Shown here piece after piece: positions 50,886 to 63,722 of a DNA stretch of 64,000 nucleotides (position 1 is the first letter of the stretch; each line of letters begins with the position of its first letter). A program made the position numbers and the translations under genes. The stretch covers positions 132,246,001 to 132,310,000 of the forward strand of contig NC_042998.1 of the NCBI RefSeq assembly GCF_006345805.1. The letters are read 5' to 3'. This DNA is from Octopus sinensis (lineage: Eukaryota). The notes beneath the pieces were generated by a model, which was not told the DNA's origin, searched no databases, and saw only the letters and a program-made list of their open reading frames with translations.

Positions 50886-53859
50886 GTTGTGTTAAGGGTG
50901 GGAACAACCTGATTTCGGTTAATGTTGACATAGTGCCAAAACTGACGCTGAACTGTCATAGGCAAACAAACAAAGCTCTATCGTTCATAGCACCATGTAT
51001 TCACATGAAAAGAAAAAAAATGTTAAGACACCATGGACCAAATTGTACCTGTCGGGCATATGTCCCTCTTAGGGCTCAGTAATAGCCATTTCATAAACGT
51101 ACATCCTCTCTGCCCCACCCTATAGTTTATTTCATTGACCTTGCTAAAAGAATGGGAAACAAAGTTGATCTTGACTGAACTGGAATTGTGAATGTGTTCT
51201 CTGATGCTGAATAATCATCATCATCATCATGCTTCCATGTTCCATGTTGGCATGGGCTGGGTGATTTGGTAAGATCTAATGAATTTAAGGACTGCCTTGT
51301 GCTCCAGTGTGTATTTGTGTGTGTTCAACAAAATGGATATGTCATCTATGGCTGGATGTCCTTCCTGACACCAGCCACAATACAGCATGCTGTTGTCATC
51401 ATGTATCGTAAACTTTTGCAGTGCATTGATGGCGCTACAACAAAAGTCTTCCAAACTAAACACGAGTTCTCCTATCAGATAAACCCATTGCTTTACTTCA
51501 TTTTGACTTTCTGTTAGTGCTTTTTTGGCAGAGATATTTGGGTGGTTTGTCATTGCCCTCCCTAACTTGATGGCTGTTGACCCTCAAAGAACTCGTCCAA
51601 CCTTTGACAGGGTTTGTTTTTCACTCCTGCTAGGTGTCCAGACACCCTCCTCACAAAAGTTGCAATCTACTGAAGTTAGGGAGCTAGTTTAGTCGCCCAT
51701 AGGTAGTACTGGTTTACATGGTACCTGCAGAAGTTCCCATCAACCTGTGACGTGACCCTTGATCTGACTGTGTTATAGCATGTACTGGGCACTTTTTGCC
51801 AAACATAACGCAAGCACACAACCATAGTTTATTCAATAAGCAAAATTACCACCTCACTGCAATCCGTATTATGGTGTAAATGGCTGTGTATTCCACTGAC
51901 ACCTGTACCCTGAATGTAATCCTCAGGCCCAGGTGCAGTCTTTCACCTAACTAACCTCTACAGTTTTTCTCATATGGCTGCTTTTATTGACCTGCAGCTG
52001 TTGGACCTCAAGACTGCGAAGCTAACTTCTTAATCTCATGCTGCACACATGTTTGTGCTAACATTTGCCATCTCTGTGTATTACAGCCTTTCGTTTTGTC
52101 AGTGCATAAAATTTATTTGTGTGTGTTCAACAAAATGGATATTTTTATCTTTATTCACTTATTTTTCTAAACCTGTTGTTGTTTTGTTGTTGTTGTTACT
52201 GTTGTTGTTACTGTCGTTGTTGTTGTTGTTGTTGTTGTTGTTATTCTCTCACTTTTTGACTAGCTATTCTTCACCTTTGTGTATCATATAACCTTCATGC
52301 CTACTAAATTTTGTAGAAAAGATCAAGAGCTAAGGACAACTCTTCTTTAAAAAAAAACAACAAAACAAGTTACAATATCCAGAAAGCAAATAAATCAAAA
52401 TGAGATACACCAAAAAAAAAAAATGAAAAGAAAAGAAAAGTGAGTCATCCTTGTTGTGACTCTGTTGTTGTTGTTGTTACTACTATCTGACTGAACTACC
52501 TTGCTTGAATGATAGCTACCACACCCACTTCATGGTTGACTACTTTACTGGCTGGTTCATAGCTTAGTTTGACTAGTGGACTATCTAGGAAATGATATCC
52601 AGTGTAAAAGATCCTTGTCCTCAATTCATACAATTGCTATCATTTCTAGTAGAATCCAATCTTCTTTCAAAGGTTAAACTCTGTGTGTGTGTGTTAAGTC
52701 GATGTAGTATGGCTGAATGGTTAAAAAGTTTCGTTTTACAATCACAAGGTACCAGGTTTGATTCCCACTGCATGTCACTGTTGGCAATTGTTATTTACCA
52801 TTTGGCTCCGATTGACCCGAGCTTTGTGGGTGAAAGAAACAGATTGAAACACTTCTCACTATGTTTTGATAGTAATGATTGTAGAACACCTGAGACAGTA
52901 GATAATCTGGACAGACATACAGTTTTTAAAGGTACACACACACACACGTGCATATGTTACTCACAACTGCATGTATGGGAAGCCATTATTCAAGATGTAA
53001 GGTAGTTATTTTTTCAATATTGGCATAATTATAAGGCAGCAAGCTGGCAGCAACATTAGCACACCAGGCGAAATACTTAGTGGTATTTCATGTGTCTTTA
53101 CATTCTGAGTTCAAATTCTGCCGATGTTAACTTTGCCTTCAGGGTTGATAAATTAAATACCAGTTATGTACTGGGGTTATTTTAATTGGCTGTTCCCCTC
53201 CCCAAAAATTTTGGGCCTTGTGCCTAGAGTAGAAAAGAATATTGGCAAGTTATGGATATGTACATGTGTGTGTTTGAGAGAGAGGTGGAGGTTGTTTGTA
53301 CATGTATATATACAGGGTGTCCATAAGTTATCTTTATAAGTTTTAAGGTGATACCCCTGCATGGCTGCCGTCTAATGACTGAAACACGTAAAAGAAAGAT
53401 AAAAGAAGATATGTTTGTATATAAAGCTTTCCATTATTTTGTCCAACCCCTGTATATATATTTCTTTCTCCGTCTTCCCTTCCTTGGACCTTTTCTTTTT
53501 CTATGTTTCTGACGAAAAGCTCCACTCGAAATGTTAAATCCTCCTTCTTTGTTTCCTTTCCTGAGTGTCCAATAACACTATACTTGTTCCACGTCCTCGT
53601 GTTGTGTTTTCTCTTTGTGTTTTCATATTTGGATTAACTATATATTGTGACACCTTTCTGTCATAAATGGCCATGGGATTGCACCTAGAAAGTTACCCTC
53701 TGAGGCAAAAGTCTGGGGCAAGGTTGTTTATGGAAGACTAGTAGTCGCCCATGCATACCGGCCTCCTCTCTCCACACCACCGATGTTATCCAAGGGAAAG
53801 GCAAAGGCTGATACAGCTTGGCACCAGTGACGTTGCAGCCCATTTATTATCATGCAAGT

Positions 53860-54125
53860 TGCCAAGCATTTCACAGACACGTGTACCCTTAACGTAGTTC
53901 TCGGGGAGATTCAGCGTGACACAGAGTGTCACAGAAACAGGAAGAAAGAGTGAGTGAAAGTTGTGGTGAAAGAGTACAGCAGGGTTCACCGACACCCCCT
54001 GCTGGAGCCTTGTGGGGCTTTAGGTGTTTTTGCTCAATAAACACTCACAATGTTCGGTCTGGGTATCGAAACCGCTATCCTTCGACCGCGAGTCCGCTGC
54101 CCTAACCACTGGGCCATTGTGCCTC

Positions 54126-54128
<3 letters not shown>
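53860..54128 (-). mobile_element. tRNA-headed SINE; donor of the duplicated segment at 57888-58199
   Basis: Minus-strand head GTGGAGGCACAATGGCCCAGTGGTTAGGGCAGCGG..GGTTTCGATACC. Confidence 0.8.
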
Positions 54129-54197
<69 letters not shown>

Positions 54198-55134
54198 TAC
54201 ATATGCATACATATACACACACACATATGCATATGCCTCTTGCTCAACACTTTTCTAGTAACATTTCCTTGTAATTTCTCTTTCTCACTGCTCTCACTCT
54301 CTCTCCCCTCCATGCAAACCACTTCTCACTGCATGCATATCTTTATAAAAAGTATTAATGTCAGTGTGCTGGAACTAACATGGAAAAGGTCAGCAGTGTG
54401 GCTGTTTTTTTGGCAGTGAGCAAAGTAGATGGTGGGTGTATGGCTAGAACTCTTTAGGTACAGGTTTACATTATTATGTGGTGCACTGGTGCAGGCGTTG
54501 GTGGCGGCAGTGGTTGTGGTGGTGGTGGTGGTGGTGATAAATGTAGTGTAAGAGAGAATGATAATGACATATGAAGAGTGGGTGGTATAGAGGAAGGAAG
54601 AATATATATATATATATATAATTTATATATATATATATAAATTATATATTTCAAATAGATTAGAATAAAGCTTCACAGGAAAGATAAGAGGAGAGAAAAA
54701 TAGTTCACAAATATGCTTGCCTTTCAGTTTTCTGTGTGTGTGTGTTTGTGTGTGGTGCAGTATGGTGTGAGATATAGTTAGTTGGTTGTGGTTGGTGCTG
54801 TATACTGTGGTGCATTGTAGTTGCTGTTTTTTGAATCCAGGTCAGCCCTAACAAGCAAAAGGCATTCCTGCCATGATCATCCCTCGATAATTTTTTTCTT
54901 TTTTTCAAACTTTCTGCATGTAGGACACTACAAGTAACAACATTAATTTTTCAGGAACCTCTGGTGTCAAAGCTTTTGAAATTTACTGATTTTTTTTCTG
55001 AACCAAGGGTTTGTGGTCACCTAAATTTAACAAAATTTGATTTCAAATTTTAGCACATGGCCGGCAATTTCTAGGGATGGGTAAATCAATTACATCAGCT
55101 CCAGTGTTCAACTGGTACTTATTTATTGACCCCA

Positions 55135-55578
55135 AGTTTCAGTCATTTGACAGTGGCCATGCTGGAGCACTGCCTTAAAGAGGTTTTGTTTAGTCAAAGA
55201 AATCGACCCCAGGACTTATTCTTTGTAAGCTTAGTACTTATTTTATCGCTCTCTTGTGCCAAGCCACCGAGTAACAGGGACATAAACACACAAACATCGG
55301 TTGTCAAGTGATGGAGGGGGGACAAACACAGACAAAGACACATTCATAGAAATATATACATATATATTTCTATGAATGTGTCTTTGTCTGTGTTTGTCCC
55401 CAAACATATATATATATGACAGGCTTCTTTCAGTTTCCGTCTACCAAATCCACTTACAAAGCTTTGTTTGGCTCAAGGCTATAGTAGAAGACAGCCCAAG
55501 GTACTACACAGTGGGACTGAACCCGGAACCATGTGGTCGAGAAGCAAGCTTCTTACCACACAGTCATTCCTGTGCCTG
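55135..55578 (-). mobile_element. Full-length SINE of the same family as 33320-33722
   Basis: Collinear with 33320-33722. Confidence 0.8.
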
Positions 55579-56439
55579 TGAATAATTTACTTAAATAATT
55601 GATTGGAATACAGATGCCTTTACATTTCCATAACACCATACTATACAAAGTACTTTAAAACTAGTGTGGCAGCTGTAGGAATTTGATATTCCAGCTTGTA
55701 AATAGATGTGGATTATAAAAAGTTTCAGGCCATCTGTGTCAGGAAAGTCTCCATTTCACTTATATTATTCAGTGTTGTTGAGTTTCAGATTGATCCAGGT
55801 AATGTTAACCTTTGATCGAAGAAATTCCAGCCTTACTACCCTTGTTACCCATTGGTTTTTGTTCCCAATAATTTTTTAGGTTTAGTGTATGTAGGAAGAC
55901 ATCACCTAATAATGTACTCTTCTTTTCTTAAGATGCTTAGGGTGTGAATTGAAGAAATTTGTCTGCTGTTTTTAGCAGGCTGAGCAACCATATAGAGGCA
56001 TGTTCATTGGTTTGTACATATAATTGTGTTGTGTTGTGCATGTGCGTGTGTGTGAAGCAACTTTCTGTTCCAATTTTTGCAAGTTCAATCCCAGTGAACA
56101 TTTTTTACAAAAGTCAGAATTCAAGCTAAGTATGCTAAAAATCATTTAACTTCAGCGTTTTATTGAATAAGTAAATCTATAAATAAACAAAATGACAAAT
56201 AGAATTGTAAAAAAAAAATCATTATTCCAGTTATTATGTCACATAGCCTCTCTCTCTCTCTCTCTCCTGTCTGTCTGTCTGTCTGTCTGTCTATCTCTCA
56301 CCTCTTGTACTCTTTCTATTTTTACTCCTGTTTTCTCTCTTTCTTTGCTGTTGCCCCCTGTCTGTCCTTCACGCTCTCTCTTTCACTCACTCTCTCACAC
56401 ACACTCTCTCTCTCTTGATCAGCACACATCTTTTCTTGT

Positions 56440-56540
56440 AATCTCTCTCTTTATATATATATGTATACATGTATGTATATCACACACACTCACACATATA
56501 TACATATATTATATACATACATGTATATACATATTATATA

Positions 56541-56583
<43 letters not shown>

Positions 56584-56653
56584 TAATATATATATATATA
56601 TGTATATATAAACACACACACACATTATATAAGATATATATATATATATACAC

Positions 56654-56684
<31 letters not shown>

Positions 56685-56753
56685 AACACACACACACATT
56701 ATATAAGATATATATATATATATATATAAACACACACACACATATTATATAAG

Positions 56754-56784
<31 letters not shown>

Positions 56785-56790
56785 CTCATA
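56440..56790. repeat. Compound (TA)/(CA) minisatellite with a recurring CATTATATAAGATATATA unit
   Basis: The unit recurs at ~56529, ~56622, ~56697 and ~56742. Confidence 0.9.
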
Positions 56791-57654
56791 CATAATTGCA
56801 AAGTTTAGAAAATAACAGGCCTCTGATCTGCTTTCCTATTTGTTTTAATGCTATCATTATACACACACTTACACCCATTTATCCACCCTGCTACACATAT
56901 TAAAATGCTATGTGTGTATGTGTGTGTGTGTGTGTGTATTTGCATGTAGTTTTAGTTTTTGCTGATCTGACATTTTGTGACTACCACCTTGTATCATCAT
57001 CAAATGACTGACCAAAGCACTATGATAAACCAATATCTATCAGAGCTTGACCTAGATAATCTGCCTAGCATTAATCACTTATAATCCTCAAGTTCTTACG
57101 GCAAGCTTTATTTTATGTACATAGTTTCTATTGACTTTAAAGTTCACGTGCATAGACACACACACATACAGACACACACACACACAGATGACACAGATAA
57201 CCACACATCCTCTCCCTCTCTCTCTCTCACGCTCACATACACACATACACTCTCTCTCACACAAATGCACGCACACACTCTCACATACGCTCACACCCAC
57301 ACATACACTCACACATATGTACACACACACACCCACACATGCTCTCTCTCTCTCACGCACACATGCACACACACTCTCTCATGCACACATCATACATTCT
57401 CTCTCACACACACACGCGCTCTCTCTCTCCACACACACACACACACACACACATATACATAACCATCCTCATTGTTCTAAGCTGGCCTGGGTTGAATGAT
57501 TCATCCTGGTCTCAGTTACTTCTTATTCAGACCCCAACTTTCCCCCTAAATGGATCCTTGTTACCAAATTCCACTCATGCTTTCTGGAGCTGGGTGCCTT
57601 TTCTAATAATATCAACCCTTTTACAAAGTATATTGGGTATATTCCATTTTTGTG

Positions 57655-58300
57655 CCATCATGTGGCTTAGTGGTTAGAGTATGCAGCTCACAATTGTAAG
57701 GTAACGAGTTCAATTCCTGGTAGTGCATTGTGTCCTTGAGCAAGACATTTTATTTCCCATTGCTCCAGTCCACTCAACTAGCAAAAATGAGCTGTACCTG
57801 TCTTTTAAAGGGCCAGCCTTGTCACATTCTGTGTCACTCTGAATCTCCCCGAAAACTGTGTTAAGGTGATAACACTATACTTTTATAGTGACACAATGTG
57901 TCACAGAAACAGGAAGAAAGAGTGAGAGAAAGTCGTGGTGAAAGAGTACAGCAGGGTTCACTGACACCCCCTGCCGGAGCCTCGTGGAGCTTTAGGTGTT
58001 TTTGCTCAATAAACACTCACAATGTTTGGTCTGGGTATCGAAACCACGATCCTTTGACCGCGAGTCCACTGCCCTAACCACTGGCCATTGCACCTCCACA
58101 CACATATATATATATACACACACACATACATATGCATACATATATAGATATATACACACACACACACATATGCATTTGCCTCTTGCTCAACACTTTTCTG
58201 TCTGTGGAGTGCTCAGCCACTTGCACATTAATTTCCTGAGCAAGTTGTTCTGTTGATTAGATCAACTGGAACCCTCATCAATGTGACCAATGGAATGCCA
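57655..58300 (+). mobile_element. tRNA-headed SINE interrupted by an opposite-orientation insertion (57867-58199)
   Basis: Left part ends ..AACTGTGTTAAGG (57866) and the right part starts GTCTGTGGAGTGCTCAGCC (58200). The uninterrupted sister at ~59450-59500 reads AACTATGTTAAGG-GTACACAT-GTCTGTGGAG. Confidence 0.75.
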
Positions 58301-58712
58301 GTTACCACCACAAGGCAAGATTAGGGGGTCGGTCCTCTCTCAGCTCTACATTGTTTCCACTCATCTGCCAACTACTTCATAGGATGAACTGAGTGCATTT
58401 TAACATGGTACCAGTTACTACTGAGGCTACCTTGTACTCTGCAAAACAAAAAAGGATCTTCACTGCTTTATATTGTTTCTGTTCATACAGGGCAATGTGA
58501 CCCCCCGTTGAAGAGGGTAGGCAGTAGGGCAATGACAGAAGTTGAACTTGGGTAAAAAAAAAAGGAAAGGAAAACATGGTTGTAATGGAGGAGAGAAAGA
58601 GAAAGAGAGAGGAAGAAAGAAAGAAGGACTGTGATGATGGTGACTGTGAGGAAAAAGTGGAAGATAGACAATACTCAACTGTGCAGTAGAAAAAACAGCA
58701 ATAACAGGGTGT

Positions 58713-58762
<50 letters not shown>

Positions 58763-61288
58763 TAATCATCATCATCATTTAATGTCCACTTTCCCGTGCT
58801 TGCATGGGTTGGATAGCGCTTATTTGAGGCAAACTGTCTATGGTTGGGTGCCCTGTTCATCACCAGCCCTCACCTGTTTCCAAGTTCTTCCCATGACTAG
58901 GCAGATTTCCACAGAATATTGGAAGCAAAGGACACTGCTTACATGATGGCAACATTCGCTTATAATTATCACATGGTTTCAAGGCAAGGAGACAGCAACA
59001 CACACACACACACACACACGGGGGCTATTTTCAAATTCTGTCTATTGAATCCACTCACACAGCTTTGGTCAACCCAGGGCTACAATTGAAGATGCCATCT
59101 TTACAAAGGGAAAGAACACATTAGGTAAAGCAGACTTACAACACCTGGTACTGTCTGAAGGCATGAGAATACTGGACAATTTGCCTGAGGGTTTCATGGG
59201 TCTAGGGACCCAATTCTACTCTATGTATGTTGTGGCTTGCTATCAATGAATGAATGAAGGCGTGTGACATAGAGATTAGGGTATTCAGCTCTCAACCTTG
59301 AGGTTATGAATTCAGTACCAGATGGTGTGTCGTGTCCTTCAGCAAGACATTTTATTTCACATTGCTTCAGTCCATTCAGCTGGCAAAAATGAGTAGTACC
59401 TGTATTTCAAAAGGCCAGCCTTGTCACATTCCATGTCACGCTGATTCTCCCTGAGAACTATGTTAAGGGTACACATGTCTGTGGAGTTCTCAGCCAGTTG
59501 CACGTTAATTTCATGAGCAGTCTGTTCCGTTGTTTTGATTGACTGGGAACCCATGTCACCATAATTGATGGAGTGCTGGTGTTCACTAAATAAGCATTAC
59601 AGGACTTGATGTTTTGATACTTGGGGTCTATATGACCCCAAGATGACCCTGATAACACCCTTTAAAGGGATAGGATGATTACAGCTGTGATATCTTTCAT
59701 CATTGGTCTGCTTAGTCTAAGATGACCTGGGGTTGAATAACAGGAATGATTCTGCTTGCTCCTGTTTACCTGATGGATAAAAAGCAAAAATTCCAAGTGG
59801 TTGTAGTTGAAAGGGTATCCAGCTGTAAAAACATTAGCCGTTCTCCACTGTATACATAAAGAATAAATGAAAAACAAAACAACAATTCATAAAAACGTCA
59901 ATTATTTCTATTTATAATATTTCGTTTTATTCAATTAATAAATATTTGAATAAATAATGATGATAATGATAATAATAATTGAAAAAAAAAAAAATTTCAA
60001 AAAAGTAAAATGTCATAAATAAATGGGGGTGGATAGGATGAAAAAAAATGAACTTTGTGTGCGTGAGAGAGAGAGAGAATGTGTGATTGATAGTTGTGTG
60101 GGAGGATGGATGGTTGTGCATATGGTGTGTGTGTGGGTGCCATGTGATAGATGTACATGTTGGATGTGGGAGAGAGAGAGAGAGAATGTGTGTGTGTGTG
60201 TGTGTGTGATGAATGGAAAGGGTGTAATGTAAAAATGCCAGAAGTAAGTTTGAAAGGTTATGAATGCTCCGAAGATACCGACCAACTAAACTCTCTGTCT
60301 CTGTCCCTCTCTACTCTCTCTCCCTTCTTCTTCCTCCTCTGCCTCTTCTTCTCAACCATGTTTCACTTGAAGCAGCTGTTTTGCAGCTGGTTGTGTGTTG
60401 TGTGTTTGCTTCCTTAATGCCAAAGTATTTCAAGATGATGGAAGAACTGAGAAAACTAAAGAACAGCCATCCCAGCCTTTGTGGGTTGGGGTTGAGAGTT
60501 GACTGGATATATTTATCAGGGCCTGCTATGTCGTCAGTTTAGGGTGACAAATTAACCTAACTTCTTTTTTTTTTTTTTTTTTCCTGCCATGCCATTCTCT
60601 TCTCCTTTTTTTGTTGTTACAGTGTATAAATGCAAGAATTTGGGATGGGTGGGTAGGCTGTTGCTGTTTGTTTAGAGCTAGGTCAGGCTTGATCCAGCAG
60701 ACCTGATATCAAAGGTGTTCCAGGCATGACAATCCTGTCTTTTGTTCAGACCATAGTGTGTAGACACAGGCATGGCTGTGTGGTAAGAAGTATGCATCCC
60801 AATCACAAGGTTTTGGGTTCAGTTTCACTTCATGCCACCTTGGGCAAAATGTCTTCTGCTATAGTCTTGGGCTGAATAATACTTTCTTAGATGGAAACTG
60901 AAAGAAGCCCATTGTGTGTGCATGTGTGAGTGTATGTGTGTATTCCCCACAAGTACTGAAGTTGATTTATTTGACTCAACTCTTCAAGGCAGTACCCCAC
61001 GTAACTGCAGTCTGGTGAATGAAGCACATAAAAATATAAAAGCTAACAGGTGTAAGCTGCGTGGTAAAAAGTTTACCACATGGTTTCAGGTTCACTCCCA
61101 CTTGATGTCACCTTGGACAATTGCCTTCTGCTTTAGATCGATGGAAACTGAAAAAAGCCCATTGCATGAATGTGTGTGAGTGTGTGTATTTGTCCTTCAC
61201 AAATGCTGACGTTGAATTATTTGATTAAACCCTTCAAGGCAGTTACTCCAGCATTGCTGCAGTTCGGTGAATGAAACACATAATACAT

Positions 61289-61485
61289 ACTGTAATCCCT
61301 CGCCATATTACTTAAGCTTATGTTGGTTTCTCCGTGGTATAATAAAATAAATATATACAAATTATTTAAAAAATCTAAAAAATCAACACAGTACAGTACT
61401 GTTTCTACTTCATGGATTTTCACCTTTCGCCGGGGGATAGGGTGGGATGGAAGCATAACACCCATGATAGTTAAGGGATTATAGG
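61289..61485. mobile_element. Tigger-like MITE remnant
   Basis: Left end TACTGTAATCCCTCGCCATAT and right end TGATAGTTAAGGGATTATA resemble CAGTAATCCCTCG-type TIRs. The internal GTACAGTACTGTTTCTACTTCATGGATTTTCACCTTTCG resembles Tigger 3' subterminal sequence. Confidence 0.4.
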
Positions 61486-63223
61486 ATGAAAGCTTGTGAA
61501 TCCATGATTGCATTATCTGATCTTGTCTTCCTGCGGCTGTGTTCGGTAACTGGTTGAATGACCACATAGGTTCAGGGAACTATATTGTTAAAGGCATTCC
61601 CTTCTAGTCGTTCTTTTATCCATAGATAAAATCTCATGGACTATATCAAGTGAATGCTAAGAAGTTATCTTCTCATATGCATGATTCTAAATTCAGTACC
61701 ATTGCGTGGCACCTTGGGCAAGCATCTTCTCCTAGAGCCTGGGGCTGAATAAAACCCTGTGAGTGGGTTTGGTTGATGGAAACTGAAAGAAACCTGCTCT
61801 ACTCTAGGGTTTTATTTGACTGTTGTTTCTAGCCACTTGAGTGATCTCACAGAGGTTTCTTTGTTGGTTTGTTATGGTGAGGTTTATTCTTTACTAGAGA
61901 ATAATTATTTGCTGCTCGGTAAATGGCACAGGAGTGGCTGAGTGGTAAGTAGCTTGCTTCCCAACCACATGGTTCTGGGTTCAGTCCTACTGCGTGGCAC
62001 CTTGGGCAAGTGTCTTCTACTATAGCTGCTATAGAGGGAAACTGAAAGAAGCTTGTCATATATGTGTGTGTGTGTAGTGGATCATGCAGGTATGGCATGG
62101 ATTTGATCCTCAATCGCCAAATTTCAACAGCACTTTTCTCACAGTAAAACAATAGTTTTTCTGTGAGGACAGCAGTTATATTTGCCAGATGCCATCGCTT
62201 GGCAGAATAATGTCTTTGCCACTTGACCCTTCTAACCTCTTCTAGGCCACCGAAGCTAGAATAGAGATAACAGACCACCAACAAAATCTATTGTTTTCAA
62301 CAATATTTCTAACTTTGGTTGGATTTGGATAGATCTAAAAACAAGAATTCCATAAGCCAAAGTCAGTTGGTGAGAACTGAGTCTGTCTGGCCAGCTGAAC
62401 AAAACGCTGGCTCTAAAGGAAAAAGCACAAAGGGACAACTAAGGTAACTCACCAACGAAACAGTTGCTTCGTCCCACCACTTTCACTTTTACTAACTCAC
62501 TTTCTTTTCTCTGTAACATCACCATATCTCTCTATATATTCTACTATGAGATTGTGTACACAAATACCGGCTGAAATTAACTCTTTTTACCTCGCATGCC
62601 TTTCCATCTACTAGTTATACATACCAACCCGTCGTGGTTTTGGATATATATTAAAAGTAACGGTATATAAATATCTCTTTACAACTTCAATCACTGTTCT
62701 TCCATCTTGCACACTGGCAACCAACACCTTAACAACCGCCATTACAACTGGTGACCTTACTGCAATGAAGTACTAACTGTTACATATATATGTGTGTGTA
62801 TGTGTTTGTGCATCTGTGTTTGTACACACATCGCTTGACAACTGATGTTAGTGTGTTTATATCCCCGTAACTTAGCAGTTTGGCAAATGAGACCGATAGA
62901 ATAAGTACTAGGCTTACAAAAAATAAGTCCTGGGGTTGATTTGTTTGACTAAAGGCAGTGCTCCAGCATGGCCACAGTCCAATGACTGAAAGGAAAGAAT
63001 AATGTGTTTGTGTTTGTCCACCACCACCACTTAACAACTACTGTTGGTGTATTTACATCTCTGTAACTTAGCAGTTCAGTAAAAGAGACTAACAAATAAC
63101 AAAATAAGTACCAAACTTTAAAAAATAAGGTCAGTTCATTTGACTAAGAATAATGTGATGCTCCCTCATGGCCACAGTCTAATGACTGAAGCAAGTAAAA
63201 GATAAAAGAGAATTAGTCTAGGG

Positions 63224-63722
63224 CAGGCCTGGCCAACTCAAATTACATTGCAGGCAACTTGAATCACAGAAAGATTTTATTGAGGGCCGCTCGTATACTT
63301 TATGCACTAATAGTCAAATAATCAAATTACAGAATCAAGAACTTTTAATACTTTTCGTTTGTTTAAAATTATAAAATTGTAGGCTATTGCTTTATTGCCA
63401 CTTATCAATTTTAAATTTGGAAATATTAAATTTCTAAATATCTCATAGAGATATGTACGGTGGTGGAGCGATAGAGTGGTTGTATACTGTCAACTTAACG
63501 TGAGAGTCCTGTAAAGGAATTACACCACCACTGTTTAGCCCTAGGAAGCAACGTTAAGTTGACAGTATACAACCAATTTTAAATTTATTTTGAAACAAAT
63601 GTTTTACACAAACAATTTTATTTTGAAATTAAACACAATACTTCAAGAAAGTATCAAGCGGGTCGCAAGATAAAAGTCTGCGGGCTGCGTGTGGCCCGCA
63701 GGACTCAGGTTGGCCTGCCCTG
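63224..63722. mobile_element. Older hAT (Charlie-like) MITE
   Basis: TIRs CAGGCCTGGCCAAC / GTTGGCCTGCCCTG (2 mismatches). Subterminal GC-rich GGCCCGC/GCGGGC motifs typical of Charlie-like MITEs. Flanks GTCTAGGG and CTCTAACA share only the TCTA core. Confidence 0.6.
63477..63575. repeat. Perfect 25-bp inverted repeat with a 49-nt spacer
   Basis: TGGTTGTATACTGTCAACTTAACGT (63477-63501) and ACGTTAAGTTGACAGTATACAACCA (63551-63575). Confidence 0.95.

Noticed and set aside
51400-52040. Unique GC-richer segment as host exon(s)
   Set aside because: No long open frame or convincing splice pair; more likely an old retroelement UTR, but unassigned.
53308-53456. Tc1-type MITE from TACAGGGTGTCC (53308) and GTCCAACCCCTGTA (53441)
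   Set aside because: The two TIR-like ends do not match each other well and the interior is SINE sequence; probably unrelated fragments.
53733-53745. miR-7-like TGGAAGACTAGT (and let-7-like TGAGGTAG at ~47601)
   Set aside because: Both lie inside SINE bodies; sister copies have different bases and there is no hairpin.
54810-54824. 15-nt identity to the 5' end of miR-33 (GTGCATTGTAGTTGC)
   Set aside because: The match stops at nt 15 and there is no complementary star arm nearby to form a precursor hairpin; treated as chance.
59095-59255. Open plus frame AIFTKGKNTLGKADLQHLVLSEGMRILDNLPEGFMGLG as an exon
   Set aside because: It begins inside a SINE, has no suitable acceptor, and the peptide is not recognised.
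60258-60446. Terminal coding exon on the minus strand, or ATGCCAGAA|GTAAGT first exon on the plus strand (60235-60243)
   Set aside because: The minus frame after the acceptor stops after 44 low-complexity codons, the plus-strand candidate has no identifiable partner exon, and there is no recognisable homology.
62090-62445. R4/Dong-like reverse transcriptase fragment (GRIMSLP, PAEQNAGSKGKSTKGQL)
   Set aside because: The motif-like words are in different frames and partly out of the expected order; too weak without a profile search.
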